Shown: positions 37,001-48,072 of the stretch, one piece after another
Layout of the letters: each line of letters opens with the position of its first letter
Numbering within the stretch: the stretch's first letter is position 1
From: Octopus bimaculoides
Lineage: Eukaryota
Assembly (NCBI RefSeq): GCF_001194135.2
Contig: NC_068984.1
Span: 119,664,049 to 119,728,048 of the forward strand
Direction of reading: 5' to 3'
Length of the DNA stretch: 64,000 nucleotides
Program-made: the position numbers and the translations under genes
Notes under the pieces: generated by a model
Seen by the model: the letters and a program-made list of their open reading frames with translations, nothing else
What the model was told of the DNA's origin: nothing
Databases searched by the model: none

Positions 37001-38419
37001 GTGTTAGGCTGTCACCTTGTTAATTCACAGATTCCCATTGTACCACTCAGCAGTTACTAGATTTATTCTTTAGATATTCTTCCATTAGAGGCATGGTTAA
37101 AATTTAAAAATTCTGATTTTACCTTTTCAGAACTAGAAAACAATTCACTCCTAAGCAGCTTTTAACTCTACACAAAGCACAAATACTCCTTTTTCCAGAA
37201 TTTCTCTCATATATCTTTGATTGTAAGTGTATTCATCATACGCATGTATATTCTTGACTGTATTCTAAAAAAGGCTTTGCTCATCCTTTCTCCTCTATAG
37301 TTACTTCTCAGGTATATTTTATCTGTCGAAACTGTGAATAATGATATTCAACTGTCTTAACCCTTTAGCATTTAAACTGGCCATATCCATCCAAAATATT
37401 ATACCTGTTTTACATTACAACTAGCCAGATCTGACCTGTCACATCTACCCTACAATGTCATTCACAAAATAAACGATCACATCATCGAAATCTCAAAGCT
37501 ACGAGATAATGCATGATTAATTCAAAGCAACGTGAATAAATAAGCATTACATTTTTACATTTGACTGAATAATCCGAATGCTAAAAGGTTAAGATTAAAT
37601 CTTATCATTTTCATATAATATTATAGACTTAACAAACTAAGTAGATTTCTAGTTTAATAATGAGAAATTAAAATGACTATTAAGTTTCTAATATTTATTT
37701 AGAAGCATTAGATTCAATTTGGTTGCTTCCTTTCTTAACCAGTTCAGGGTGATATTTACATTCAAGTAATTATTTTTGCTATTTCAGAACTAAAATATGA
37801 TAACAATAGAAATTCAAACTTGAGATTACTCTCCTTAATTATTTATTATTAATTATGCCTTAACTTTTCTTTCTATCCTTCAAAAGTTGTTTTTTTTTTT
37901 GTTTTTTTTTGAGAATTACTATTGAATCAAAAGTTTTGACACTGTACTTCTTCATATGAGAATTTCTACTTGGAGTCACACTTTTGCCATTGACCAGCAT
38001 ACTTTGCATACATGCTAATCAGTGATGCTTGTAAATTTAATGCCAGTGAGAACTCATCTACATAATGCAACGAATCTTTGTATAAGGACTCTACTAATCA
38101 CGTCACAAATACTTTTGTTGCTCAGTTACATGTTCCATGTTATATGTATGTAACATTTGCTACTCTGCTGTGACTTCTGCTAAATTCATTGTCTATTTAT
38201 ATTTCAGGTAATGAACTGATTGCATATCCACAAGAAGATCTCTCCTCTTGGCTGATCGATTCTCCAACTGCTAGCAGTGAATTAAATGATGATATAGACA
38301 TCACAATTGATGCAACCTCCTTAGATACTCCTGATTGCAATTTTGACAAAGATTTGGACTTTCCATCCTCTTCAGGCAAGAGAAAAAGTAAACGACCAAT
38401 GCGAATTATTTTGTCATAA
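699..38419 (+). CDS. HSF1: Heat shock factor (HSF1-like), 5'-partial spliced CDS: join(699..823,1963..2038,3470..3655,5314..5484,7351..7493,7885..7914,14745..14856,28767..28805,36861..36879,38208..38419)
   Basis: All joins are GT-AG and phase-compatible. The translation contains HSF hallmarks: [54 protein letters not shown] (HR-A/B), [21 protein letters not shown] (HR-C), TLLS-LFS and GNELIAYP. Orthologue versus paralogue cannot be decided from this window. Confidence 0.88.
1310..1606 (+). mobile_element. Mariner transposase 3' remnant with right TIR
   Basis: [17 protein letters not shown]...[27 protein letters not shown], then TIR-like ttatttatgggatgatccaa + TA. Confidence 0.8.
1612..1692. 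repeat. (CA)n microsatellite
   Basis: Direct reading. Confidence 0.98.
1963..2038 (+). CDS. HSF1: HSF exon: HR-A/B ([25 protein letters not shown])
   Basis: Acceptor ttaattcctag, donor AAA|gtaagc; near-invariant HSF motif [15 protein letters not shown]. Confidence 0.97.
2650..2808 (+). mobile_element. RTE LINE 3' tail
   Basis: ggttggcgttaggaagggcatccagc...ggacgttaaacga(tga/cga)n; the same tail ends the RTE ORF2 fragments at 4045 and 59645. Confidence 0.85.
2860..3130 (-). mobile_element. CRE-like (RLE-type) non-LTR retrotransposon C-terminal remnant
   Basis: [17 protein letters not shown]...[29 protein letters not shown]; homologous to 20340-20545. Confidence 0.6.
3470..3655 (+). CDS. HSF1: HSF exon: end of HR-B, basic NLS-like motifs, KQLSIEE
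   Basis: Acceptor tgtcctccacag, donor ACA|gtaagg; 186 nt, phase 0-0; [28 protein letters not shown]. Confidence 0.93.
3728..3952. mobile_element. piggyBac-type MITE, family D
   Basis: TTAA at both ends, TIR cc(c/t)tttagcatt...aat(c/g)ctaaaggg; other copies at about 2270-2405 (partial), 37357-37592 and 59439-59645. Confidence 0.85.
4045..4985 (-). mobile_element. 5'-truncated RTE LINE (ORF2 C-terminus, repeat-containing 3' UTR, (GAT)n tail)
   Basis: [32 protein letters not shown] on the minus strand; tail catcatcatcgtttaacgtcc. Confidence 0.9.
5314..5484 (+). CDS. HSF1: HSF exon: acidic regulatory region ([10 protein letters not shown]...NEDNHQ)
   Basis: Long pyrimidine tract + aag acceptor, donor CAG|gtatgt; 171 nt, phase 0-0, open frame. 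Confidence 0.82.
5752..6134 (+). mobile_element. Full-length tRNA-derived SINE, family F
   Basis: A box tggcccagtgg, B box ggtttcgattcc, (caa)-like tail, approx. 13-bp TSD agttcttg(c/t)aa(g/a)g. Confidence 0.88.
6763..7172 (+). mobile_element. Full-length tRNA-derived CORE-like SINE, family A
   Basis: tRNA head, ccttgggcaagtg core-like block, internal (TG/TA)n, tail gactgaaacaagtaaaagag. Other copies at about 8965-9135(-), 22470-22590(-), 31990-32170(-), 32395-32550(-), 47860-48220(-), 56343-56738(+), 57595-57750(-). Confidence 0.88.
7351..7493 (+). CDS. HSF1: HSF exon: regulatory region ([15 protein letters not shown]...INPEAE-R)
   Basis: Acceptor attcttttag, donor CG|gtaaga; phases 0 to 2, open frame. 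Confidence 0.82.
7885..7914 (+). CDS. HSF1: Candidate 30-nt HSF microexon ([11 protein letters not shown]), phase 2-2
   Basis: Acceptor ctttcttctgacag, consensus donor CA|gtaagt, open in the required phase, symmetric. Confidence 0.65.
10366..10858. mobile_element. Degenerate hAT-type MITE with a nested family B SINE (about 10517-10700)
   Basis: Ends cagtggatcccaaaac / gttttgggaaccactg; TSD not recognisable. Confidence 0.5.
12483..12675. mobile_element. piggyBac-type MITE, family E
   Basis: TTAA-cccttttgttacc terminus; copies at about 33158-33395, 43888-44076 (both TTAA ends) and 51296-51525. Confidence 0.75.
12907..13127. mobile_element. Mariner-derived MITE
   Basis: Approx. 28-bp TIRs ggggtgcttgaaagttcctggcttt / aaagtcaggaacttttcagcaccctc, TA at the right end. 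Confidence 0.75.
14745..14856 (+). CDS. HSF1: HSF exon: HR-C ([37 protein letters not shown])
   Basis: Poly-T tract + cag acceptor, donor TCT|gtaagt; aligns with vertebrate ELSDHLDAMDSNLDNLQTML. Confidence 0.92.
17560..18300 (+). mobile_element. Heavily degraded RTE LINE ORF2
   Basis: [18 protein letters not shown] (DLEKAFD-like RT motif), LQVKG*LYNACV, ERILHWY; many stops. Confidence 0.65.
18909..19143. mobile_element. hAT (Charlie-type) MITE
   Basis: TIRs tagtggctgtcaacc / ggttgagaaccactg; flanks ctctagaa / atatagaa resemble the nTCTAGAn target. Confidence 0.7.
20090..20560 (+). mobile_element. CRE-like non-LTR retrotransposon RLE endonuclease remnant
   Basis: [10 protein letters not shown]...[13 protein letters not shown]...YDVTCCD...[17 protein letters not shown]...[22 protein letters not shown], with a frameshift and stops. 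Confidence 0.7.
21544..22342 (-). mobile_element. RTE LINE fragment: end of RT, PHD-type finger, C-terminal region, tail (internal deletion)
   Basis: [26 protein letters not shown]; WPCLICRK...[12 protein letters not shown]; [20 protein letters not shown]; (GAT)n tail. Confidence 0.9.
22670..24088 (-). mobile_element. RTE LINE 3' tail with expanded approx. 45-60-bp GC-rich minisatellite (spans a gap)
   Basis: Tail cgtcgtcatttaacgtccgc, then repeats of tgtcacccgcacaagagccagtccaggggcaccggcaacgatctcgctcgaa. Confidence 0.85.
24457..24526 (-). ncRNA. tRNA-like Pol III unit (70-nt cloverleaf, defective anticodon arm, loop CT-GGT-GT), T7 terminator 8 nt downstream
   Basis: gacagtt-ta-gctattggtaaagc-a-ttcagctggtgttttgg-gggat-atgggttcgactcccat-ggctgtt; T-arm fully paired, acceptor stem pairs with 3 G-U. 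Confidence 0.6.
26800..28020 (+). mobile_element. Possible very old Penelope-like RT remnant
   Basis: [16 protein letters not shown]...GHSMDS loosely resembles the Penelope LxLLxxxLxxNYF...GxxMGS region; multiple frameshifts. Confidence 0.3.
28767..28805 (+). CDS. HSF1: 39-nt HSF exon ([13 protein letters not shown]), phase 0-0
   Basis: Acceptor ttttctttttag, donor TCG|gtaata; LFS continues TLLS as in vertebrate ALLD-LFSP. Confidence 0.72.
28919..29420 (-). mobile_element. Possible Penelope-like GIY-YIG/3' remnant; its first approx. 180 bp are repeated at 32209-32392
   Basis: [15 protein letters not shown] resembles IYCIxCxxCxxxYVG; the direct repeat is seen directly. Confidence 0.35.
29445..31029. 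mobile_element. Stack of two family B SINEs (29461-29680, 29718-29930) and two family G retroposon copies (29961-30438, 30500-30960) separated by (ATT)n
   Basis: B has the head ggcgagctggcagaatcgttagc and core gagttcaaattccgccgaggtcgactttgcctttcatcc; the two G copies are directly repeated. Other B clusters at about 32590-33110, 42800-43430(-), 52350-52930, 54610-55010, 57940-58135(-). Confidence 0.88.
35430..36220. mobile_element. Foldback element with opposed degenerate (TTAGGG)n / (CCCTAA)n arrays at its centre
   Basis: 35491-35550 is the inverted complement of 36032-36087; G-rich array 35701-35772, C-rich array 35786-35868; a one-arm copy lies at about 60880-61205. Confidence 0.75.
36861..36879 (+). 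CDS. HSF1: Candidate 19-nt HSF microexon (AVLDKK-G), phase 0-1
   Basis: Acceptor ttttatctctgtttag, donor AAG|gttaag; supplies the single G needed to read GGT-AAT-GAA in the last exon. Confidence 0.6.
38208..38419 (+). CDS. HSF1: HSF terminal coding exon: activation domain ([12 protein letters not shown]...LDTPD...[14 protein letters not shown])
   Basis: Acceptor tatatttcag, phase 1; GNELIAYP resembles vertebrate GKQLVHYT; acidic stretch, then TAA at 38417-38419. Confidence 0.82.
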
Positions 38420-39021
38420 CCAGGAATGTACTTTTTGGGAAGTCTTTAGGTCTGGTGGAAGGAAACAAGAAGAAAGTAATCTTTTTTCTCTAGCGTCCAC
38501 TTTGTAACCAAACAGTTGTCGGTAAAGATAAAGAAACAAATGCTAACCAATGTAACTGGGTTTGCTGACTAGAAGAAAGCTGATGGCATAAATTATATAG
38601 GCTGGAATTTATAATCCCCACCAGAAAAGAGAATTTTAGATGTGCTCATTAGCTTTTCCTCTGCACCATCATAAAGACACATTTTCTGTCTGTCTACTTA
38701 AACCTCCAAATCTGCATTGGAGAAGATTGGCATTAGGTTTACTTTACTACAAATGTATGTATGTATGTATCATATCAGTAGGCCTACTAATTCCTGCCTT
38801 CGGTAATCACTGAAGTGTATCTCCTGCATTTATTGGAGTTACTTGCCATAAAATGCATTATATATACATATACAAGAAAAGAAAAAAAAAAAAAAGATAT
38901 CAGACCTTTTTTTATATTATTATTACTTTTCTTTCTGCCCAGCACATATGCACAAGGAGTAAAGAATTAAGGATACAAAAGACAGACAGTTAGGAACTAT
39001 TATTTTGGTTTCTTGAAGATG

Positions 39022-39053
<32 letters not shown>

Positions 39054-41520
39054 AAATTATTTTTCCTCTTTACAAAATGTATTTTGGCATTGAGAACAGC
39101 TTTCTGAAAGATGCTTACTATTCTATTNNNNNNNNNNNNNNNNNNNNNNNNNNNNNNNNNNNNNNNNNNNNNNNNNNNNNNNNNNNNNNNNNNNNNNNNN
39201 NNNNNNNNNNNNNNNNNNNNNNNNNNNNNNNNNNNNNNNNNNNNNNNNNNNNNNNNNNNNNNNNNNNNNNNNNNNNNNNNNNNNNNNNNNNNNNNNNNNN
39301 NNNNNNNNNNNNNNNNNNNNNNNNNNNNNNNNNNNNNNNNNNNNNNNNNNNNNNNNNNNNNNNNNNNNNNNNNNNNNNNNNNNNNNNNNNNNNNNNATTA
39401 TTACTTCTTGACATGCTTAGTTGATTACAGATTACTGATAAAAATTGTAATCAATCTATATTAGAATCTTCATCAAAGCTCTAGAGGTGCTTTCTTTTGC
39501 TTGAGCTGGTATTTTGATTATAAGTTTATCTGATTAAGATACTTGGTTAAAGTTAAATATCCACTTTAGCCTTTGGTGATAAAGTAAACCATGTTGGTTT
39601 TGTAATTAGTTATCTTCAAACAACTAGGGTTTCAGCTGACAAATAGCTAAGACCGTGGCTGACTTCATAAGTACCACATGCTTCTTTGGATTTTGGCTAA
39701 TTTGTAGGAAAATGAAAAAGGTTTGAATTTCAAAAAATTATAATTTGAAAAAAAAAAAAATAAATAAAAGTAATTGAATTTGCTGGGGGTGGGTGGGTTT
39801 GAAAATGAAATAGATAGAATCTGTTGTCTAGGCAAAAACAGAAATTAGTAATATAGTTGAATTTTTATTTTATTTTTAAAAATTTTTATTTTACTCTTTT
39901 TTGTAAGTTAATCCTTATACTATGTTTTTTTATCTTCACTATATATTTAATGCTTTGCTGTCACTGCGCCTTGTGGCAAGCTGTACTAAGAGATGTATAG
40001 CCTATTTATTAAATAATAATAATAATAATAATTGTGACTTTTGCTAAATCTGTGAAGAATTAGAAGAGAGAAAAAAGAAGAAAAAAAACAAAAACAAAAA
40101 AATTAGCTGTTATTTTGTCTTGGTTATAAAATACGGATGAGTCGTAAATTTTCTTTCTTTTAATTTTAAATTGTTAACATAATCACTTCATTCAAAAGAT
40201 ACAGCTACACACTAACCATTCAGACACTCAACCTTCTCCCTGGCCAAATCCTTTAATACCAACAATGTTTTTGAGTTAGTGTACAATTGCAAGTGTTCAT
40301 TGGCCTTCTGTTTCAAAGCATGTCCCATTATTGATTTGTTTTTACTTTACAACTGATCGCCTTATCATCCTTAAACACCAACACTATCAATAGTTGTTGT
40401 TTAGTCTCCCAAGTCAGCTGTGATGAAGCTGATCTTTGAATCAAAGGTAGTCCAGCCATGACCATGCTCTCTCACTCTCTCTCTGGTTTTTTTTTTTTTC
40501 TTCTATTTTTCTGTTAATATATATGATCTGGAGAAGGAAAGGATGTGTCTAAGACTTTTTACTGAGTATATATAACTAGAAAGGTTATCTTCAGACTGAC
40601 TGGGGACCTGGCCTGGATGCTTACAAAAGTGCACTCTGCTAAAAGCTAACAAAGGGGCCGGCCACGTGGTGGTGCTAAAAACTAGGCAACAGATTAGGAT
40701 TATCTCAGACTACATTCTTTAATGTGTCTTTCTCTTTATTAAAGACTGTAAGACCTGACCTGAGAGAGATTTGGCTGCTATTTCAAGCAAATTCAGTGAT
40801 CAAAAAGAGGCTTCCTTGGCTTGATATCACTGACAACATTTTGGTTTGGCTAAAAAAACATGTTTTATAAATGCTTCTCTTTTTTTCTCTGGCTGATCCT
40901 TCTGTATTCCAATATCTGTTGACCTATTGGTCTTAACATTCTTCTCTTACACGGGAATAGTTTGTCTTACTTTTAAACCTTTTAATTTTCATTTTAATTT
41001 TGTATCAAAACCTATGTAAATAAATATTTTGTAGATAGTTACATTAGTGTATTAAAATTTTTCAATTTCCTTTCAGTTTTGCTTCTTTTTTTTTTCTGCT
41101 TTTATATTAGCCATGAAGTAATTTACTCTCAGCGTTAGATATATTTTTAAAACTATCAAAATAATTGTGAATGCTTTTTTTTTTTTGATTGCTACATTTA
41201 ATCTTTCTTTCTCTTCACATTTCTCTGTCTCTTCATCCCCTTTTCTGAAGTAAAGCTACATATAAAAAACATTATCTTTGATTTTTCTTCCATGTCAGAA
41301 TCCAGTAAAAAGTTACTGTCTCTCTCTTTCTTCCCCCCAACCCCAAATCAGTGAATTTTTTTTTTTCTTTTGTTTGGTTTCGAACTTTGTTCATAATATT
41401 GTGCATAGGATGAAATTAAATTAGCTACACATATGTATCAATATGTTAATTCAGTTTTATTGAAAGAAACGTATGTAAATTGACTTGATTTTTTAATAAA
41501 AAATTTATATATAGCTATAT
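38420..41520 (+). other. Probable HSF 3' UTR (end uncertain)
   Basis: AT-rich, repeat-poor sequence with A/T homopolymers after the stop; AATAAA candidates near 39760, 41020 and 41495; contains a gap. Confidence 0.3.
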
Positions 41521-44500
41521 TATTACTTTTCTTGAATTCTATAGATCACTGTCAAGTTTCACTTGAGAAATGGTTTCCTAATGTTTTGAGTCAGATCATT
41601 GTTTAGATGGTTTAATGACCAAATAATAGTAAAAGTAGTTATGTTTTCCTTTTTTATAATACAGAAAGACACTTCAAATTTATTGAGAAGACGTGATGTT
41701 TATGTTTTTCTGAAAAAACAACCCATTAACAACTTAAATGAAAATTGTCAAAACTTGTAGAAACCAGGTTGTAGATTGATTTGTTTGGTACTTTTGACCA
41801 CATGCTGACATTTGATTACAAGAACCACAAGAATAATAATAATAATAATGATTTCTTAGATTGGTACTAGCCAGTATATATATAGGAGAGAATTATAGTT
41901 CTATAGTAGATTGAATTATCCATTATGAACACATGTTTTATTGAAGTAAAGAGATTTGATAAGTGGCTAGTTAGCACAATTGTTAGAACATCAGACATTG
42001 ATGCTTTGCAGTATGTGTTGTGTATTCCAATTTCTCTCTTTATCTCTCTCCTTGTGCTATGCTTATTTCATAAGCATCAGCAATCATGGACTTCCATATC
42101 AAAAAATAATGCCTCGTGATTTTTCCTGGGAAAGATAACAACAGTGGTTTCCCATTGCATTCTGCCAGTTTATTTAGTTTTTCTCTACTAGTTCCATACT
42201 TTTCCAAACTTACCCTTGAAACACAAAGCCTATTTAACCCTTCATCAGTGGCACTGGTTCACATGATATCAGAGCATATTCACAGACTGGTGGAGTGTGG
42301 GGTGGGTCTGTGTGACACATGCCTGACTGTGAATCCTCCTCCAAGTCTTGTATGTCTTAGCCTCAGGAGTATCTTCTGCTACTTGACCTTTAACCAGTGC
42401 TTTTGACAGGTGCTATCACCCTAGGTTAGAATGAACGTGGGAGTAATGGTAACTAAGGGGTAACTCTATTCTCCCTAAAACCCCATGAACTTTCAAGATG
42501 TATCCTCACCTCTGGATGTAGGTTTGTCTTGTCCATGCAGATGTGATGGTCTTGTTTCTATCTAGTGGACAAGATGGTGTCTAATAATAATAATAATAAT
42601 AATAATAAACTGTTTGAAGGCATTGGGTTATTACTTTTATATTGCCCCATGAAAAATTCATGACAAGCATTGTGTTCCAAGGAAGTCACCAGATATTGTC
42701 CATCAGTCTGATGGTGCTTTAAAGAAAGAATAATTTGAACTCAGGAAGTAATTTAATACTGCAAGGCATTTTATTCAGGCATTCCTCGGTTCCTGATGAT
42801 AATAATAATTCTTTCTAACTTTGGCACAAAGCCAGCAACTTTAAGAAGAACGACTAAGTTGATACTGTCAGTTCCAATACTTGACTGGTACTTTATTTTA
42901 TTACCCTTGAAAGGGTTAAAAGCAAAGTTGACTTCGGTGGGATTTGATCTGAAAATGTAAGGAGCAAGAACAAATGCTACAAAGCTTTTCCTATGAATTC
43001 TGCCAGCTTTTATTTCAAATCTTGGTACAAGGATTAGAAGTTTGTGGTAAGGAAGCTGGTCAGTTTCATCAATGCCAAAACTTGACTGGTACTTTCTCAA
43101 CCCCAAAAAGATGAAAGGCACAGTTGACTCTAGTAAGATTTGAACTTAGAACACAAGCAGGTGGAAGAAATATGACTAAGCATTTTGTCTGATGGGCTAA
43201 CATCTCTGCTGGTTTGCTATTAATGCTTCCTTACATTGGCACAAAATCTTAAAATTTACTACTGTTTCTGAGTTTGTTGACCCTGGTCAAGCAAAGTTGA
43301 TCACTGCAGTATTTGAACTCCAAATGTAATGGGATATAACTAAACACCACAAGGAATTTTAACATGGTGCTCTATCATTTGTGTCATTCAATAATGATGT
43401 TCTTTTTTTATTAATAAACAACAATAATAATAATAATGGCCAAAGATGATAGGTATTGCACCAGACTACATGTTTTACAGTACTTAGTACCATCCTTCTT
43501 GGTTCTGCATCTATACCTTGCTATAGGCTCCCTTTCATTTCCTTATGAACTGATACAGTATTTCATCAGATGCAGCTCTCATCATTATATTGAACTGGCA
43601 GAATTAGAAGAGCATCAGACAAAATGACTAGTGGTAGTTTTTTCTATGCTCTGAGTTGGAATTCTGTTAAGATCAACTTTGCCTTTTATCCTTGCTGAAT
43701 CAGTGGTGTGAAATATTCATGTGTGGTCTTGTGCCTATATTAAAAATCATTATTCTTCGAGGAGTTGTACCAATGTGACAAATCCTTGTTATTGTTTTAG
43801 TATTTATTGTCCAGATAATCACGTTACATCTTTGATATTTTTATGGTATCTGGCTAAATCAAATGATTTACTGTTCAGTTTATTTTCTTAACCCCTTTGA
43901 TACCAACCTGCCTGAGACTGCCCTTCTTTCTTTGAAAAAAAAAACTCCCTATTTTAAAGGGATCTAAATCAAAACCTCTCATTACAATTTCATGTTAATT
44001 TATCTTCCAAACACAAACTTAATAATCATAATTACTTCAGTGTATTTCAATAGAAATATGGTAACAAAAGGGTTAATTCTCTAAAGTAGTTTGAGTAACA
44101 GTTCCAGATAATCAATTGACAAATATGACTCTCTTGTGCCTAGTCATGATCTATCTTTCAATACAGGTTGTGTGGAATGTGCAGGTATGGCTGTGTTGAG
44201 ATTACTTTGCAAATGTGGTTTCAGAATCAATCCCACCACAGGGCACTTTGGGCAAGTGTCTTCTATTGCAGACTTGTGTTCACCAATGCCTTTATAGTAA
44301 AATTTTGTAAATGAGTTCATTGTGTGTGTATATTAGTGTATGTGTTTGTTTTGGCATTGATATTGCTTAGGCAGTCGTGATATCTATCTCACATAAACAG
44401 TGTATCTTGCAGGTCAGCAGTTTAATATGTGAAGACCAGAGGTATAAAGTACTTTACTAGAAAACAAGGGTTAATGTCAGGAAGGACATCCATCTATAGA

Positions 44501-45339
44501 ATACTGCTTCAAGACGTCTCATCTACTCCATGCCAGCATAGAAAATGCAGATGTAAAAATGATGATGATTGAATGGTTAAAGTGGTTGACCTTGACCACA
44601 TCTGGCTAAATTATACTATAGCCATTGAGGAAGGTACATAACTCTGTTTACAATTTAAAACACTCTACTATTACTTCATAACTGAATTGTTAGTGCCTAA
44701 GTAGGGCATTTGGGTATTTTGCTATTAAATCAATGCTCAGAGGATGAGGAATAACCTTCTATCCCATAAAAAACAAGCTCACCTCTATGCAAGTATCAAA
44801 AACAATGTAAAAACAGCCCAAAATTTTAAAAGAGAAAAATGACAATTTATTGTCTGAAATTTTGCATGGAATCTTCTAAAACTCAGAATGAAAGTTATGT
44901 ATTTGTTAGAGAATTTCCTATATGTTTGCTATTAAAAAAAGGATAATTCTATTGTCTACTCTTCTAAGGAAACTGAAGTAAGATATTATTGTCTAGTTTC
45001 ATCTAAATTTTTTTAGCTTTAAGCTATTGTTTAGCTATTTCAACAAATCATTTCACCTGTTATCATTCTGGCTTTTATTTTTAACACAGTATATCTAGAA
45101 TTACATTATCCAATGTGTTCGTTTTTACAAAACAAAATTAGGGAGTGATTTGAGGGTTTTTTGGCTGCTGATTCAAACTGAGTGACTATGAACAGGTTCC
45201 CTCATTAGCTCGACTAAGCAAGAAGTCATATTAGGTAGCATTTTCTCTCTCTCTCTCTCTCTTGTGAAATTTCATTATTTAATATCATTATTATGGAAAT
45301 AATTGATTGGTGGGGCAGTCTAGTAGAAGAAAATCTGTT

Positions 45340-45830
45340 TGCGCCATGAGTTTCATCCTTGACATAACTAGAACCGCATCTCAAAGGCTGGCCCTTCTCT
45401 TAGGGCTACAAAATACTTCAGCCTCCAACAAATGCTGACTACTGACATTCCACAAAGCTCATGTGAGGCCCACAATGGTGTATTGCTCTCTCATCTGGGT
45501 ACAGTGCTCCTGTTGCAGACAGATATTGTAGACCTCATCCAGAGAAATCCCACTTGACTGATTGACATACAATTACTCAAGGACACACTGGACTCTGGTC
45601 CAGAGGTTTACTGTTCCCTCTCTCTGTCACTTCTACTGATATTATAATGGCCTTTACTTCTTACAACTGGTTGATCTTGTTACACCTCCACTCAAATACT
45701 CACCTCTTCTCGGTGTTGTGTCCACATACTCCAAGTCTTGTACTAACCACTTCACCCAGTCTTGCTTCCTCAGAACATTAAGTTTCTGGAATTATTTTGC
45801 AAAAGCCATGCATACTGACCCTTTCTCCTG
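45340..45830 (+). mobile_element. CR1-like LINE ORF2 C-terminal remnant
   Basis: HKAHVRPTMVYCSLIW...LIQRN...SLCHFY*YYNG...TLSFWN resembles CR1 YKAQVRPxMEYCSHxW...LFYRYYxG...LWNxLP. Confidence 0.65.
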
Positions 45831-46289
45831 ACCCAGCTGCAGCTAGGAAATATCTAAAAAATTGTTCTTTAGTTAGGAATATGGTACAAGTGAAAAAGAC
45901 CAACAGTAGAATTAAGTGATGCAACGATAGAATTAAGAATGCTGGATAGGGGTGGAGAGATAAGGCTAGTGACTAATTCACTCACTAAAGTTTGTTGTTT
46001 TATTTGGAACCCCTCCTCCATTTCATGGATTGAGTAGAATCAAGTAAAGCCAAAAGAATTCTAACACTGGTTCAAGGCTACATGTTTTGGGAAAGGGATA
46101 AGTTGATCCATGTTTTATTGAATGTGGCAAAATTTGAACTCACAGCATCAACTAAATATCTAAAGGCACTTTGTCCATTTCTGACAATCAACAACCCTAA
46201 TGATGATTCTTTTTACTGTAGACACAAGGCCTGAAATTTTGTAGGAGGGGGCTAGTTGAGTATATGGAGAGGGCAATCTTTTCTAGCTC

Positions 46290-46660
46290 AGCATTTCACC
46301 ATTTGTTACAGTCTTTTGTTATCTCCGTCATGAGGTTCAGCTTCTTGAGGTTAGCCTTCACCACTTTTTCCCATGGCTTTCTCAGTCTTGTTCTTCTGCA
46401 TGTTCTTCCTTTTAGCTTGCTCTGCACTTCTTAACCCAACTCTTATCCTCTATACACATCACATATCCATAACAGCATAATTTCTTTTTCTCTTGCACAC
46501 TACATTTCATATTTCTTATATCCAGCTTCCCTCTTAACTCATTTGTGCTGTCATTTATACACAATAACATTACACACCCAGCGTATTTACTCTGCTTCTT
46601 TCCACTTTTCACATGCCCGCTGATTTCAGAGCTTGTGTTTTTGCTACCATGCAACATTAC
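46290..46660 (-). mobile_element. RTE LINE ORF2 C-terminal remnant
   Basis: NELRGKLDIRNMKCSVQEKKKLCCYGYVMCIEDKSWVKKCR. Confidence 0.75.
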
Positions 46661-47144
46661 ACTTCATACACAAAGTATAAGATACAATCTTTTCTTCACT
46701 TGTAGAGAGAGAGAAAGAGAGAGAACTCCATTTTTGCTAGTAGAAGTGATAGCTCCCTAAACTTATTTTTACCCCATTCTTATCCTGGTAACTATGCTTT
46801 CAGAAAACCCGATGCCACTGTTAATTAAGTTGCATAAGCAAAGACAGTTATTTATTGCTTCTAAGAAATCTTCCAAATAATTTAAATGATTTATTTCAAG
46901 TGTGCTCCCACTGTCATTTATTCACATACCTCTGTAATATACGAAGTTATTCTTCTATATCAGCCTGCCTGTGATTCCATTTCATCTCTTGATCACTCAT
47001 AGTTTATCCTTGATATTCAAATTTCCTACCTACTGTTTTTGTGCCAATTGAACATGGCCATTGCCTTGATAGCAGTTGTGGTCTTGTCTTCTTACCTGCT
47101 ATCTGAATACAAGTATATAAAATATACATTTTGTACGTCACATG

Positions 47145-47400
47145 ATCACGTGACCAACTGCTACACATTGCAGTCACACATCACTGGTCACAATGCGCTT
47201 TGCATCGTTTTAGCCATAAAATGATATCACCCCACTGGCTAGGTGAGCAGGCCAACACTCCCCCTTGATCGAAAGGGGACTGGAGCAATGTGAAATGAAG
47301 TGCTTTGCTCAAGAACACAACACACCGCCCGGTCTGGGAATTGAACCCACAAACTCGCGATCGTGAGTGCAACAGCCTAACTACTAGGCCATGTGCCTTT
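47145..47400 (-). mobile_element. tRNA-derived SINE with Meta-like central domain; related copy at about 53890-54210(-)
   Basis: A/B boxes, then gtgttgtgttcttgagcaaagcacttcatttcacattgctccagtc. Confidence 0.7.
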
Positions 47401-47436
47401 ACATGTACACACACACATATGTATATATGTATGGAG

Positions 47437-47482
<46 letters not shown>

Positions 47483-47800
47483 AAAGCAGTTTGATAAGTG
47501 CTGTTGCACAAAACTCTCTGCCTTTAAGCCACTTTGTAACTTATACGAATAAAAATTTAAAAAACCTGTGTGTATGTGTGTGTATTTCAATTTACAAATG
47601 AAAAGAAAAGCATTCGAACATATAGGGTTTATTCATTTGAAACTGAGGTTTCTCTGTTGCTATTCTGAGTTTCCTTTCCATTCCTTGCGTGTTACCTATG
47701 GTAAAATTTAAGTGGTAGTGGAATGAAGACTTGACATCAAATAAATGAATATACATATATCTGTACACACATGCATGTTTGTGAGTGTATGTGTGTGTAC

Positions 47801-47832
<32 letters not shown>

Positions 47833-48039
47833 ATGTGTATATATATATATTTATATACTTTTACTTGTTTCTGTCATTTGACTGTGGCCGTGCTGGAGCA
47901 CCACCTTAGAGGGTTTTTAATCGAAGAAATTGACCCCAGGAATATTCTTTGTAAGCCTAGTACTTGTTCTGTTGGTCTCTTTTGATGAACTGCTAACTTA
48001 CAGGGATGTAAACACACCAACATTGGTTGGCAAACAATG

Positions 48040-48072
<33 letters not shown>

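Larger units (their letters stand above)
4161..39396. other. Assembly gaps at 4161-4170, 11754-11763, 13719-13915, 23211-23781, 35967-35976, 36602-36681, 39128-39396
   Basis: N runs. Confidence 0.99.

Noticed and set aside
699-38419. Autoregulatory heat shock elements in HSF introns
   Set aside because: By eye I found only two-unit nGAAn/nTTCn matches, which are expected by chance in AT-rich DNA; a motif scan would be needed.
13601-39464. Long ORFs at 13601-13948, 22739-23918 and 39077-39464
   Set aside because: They are open only because they run through N gaps.
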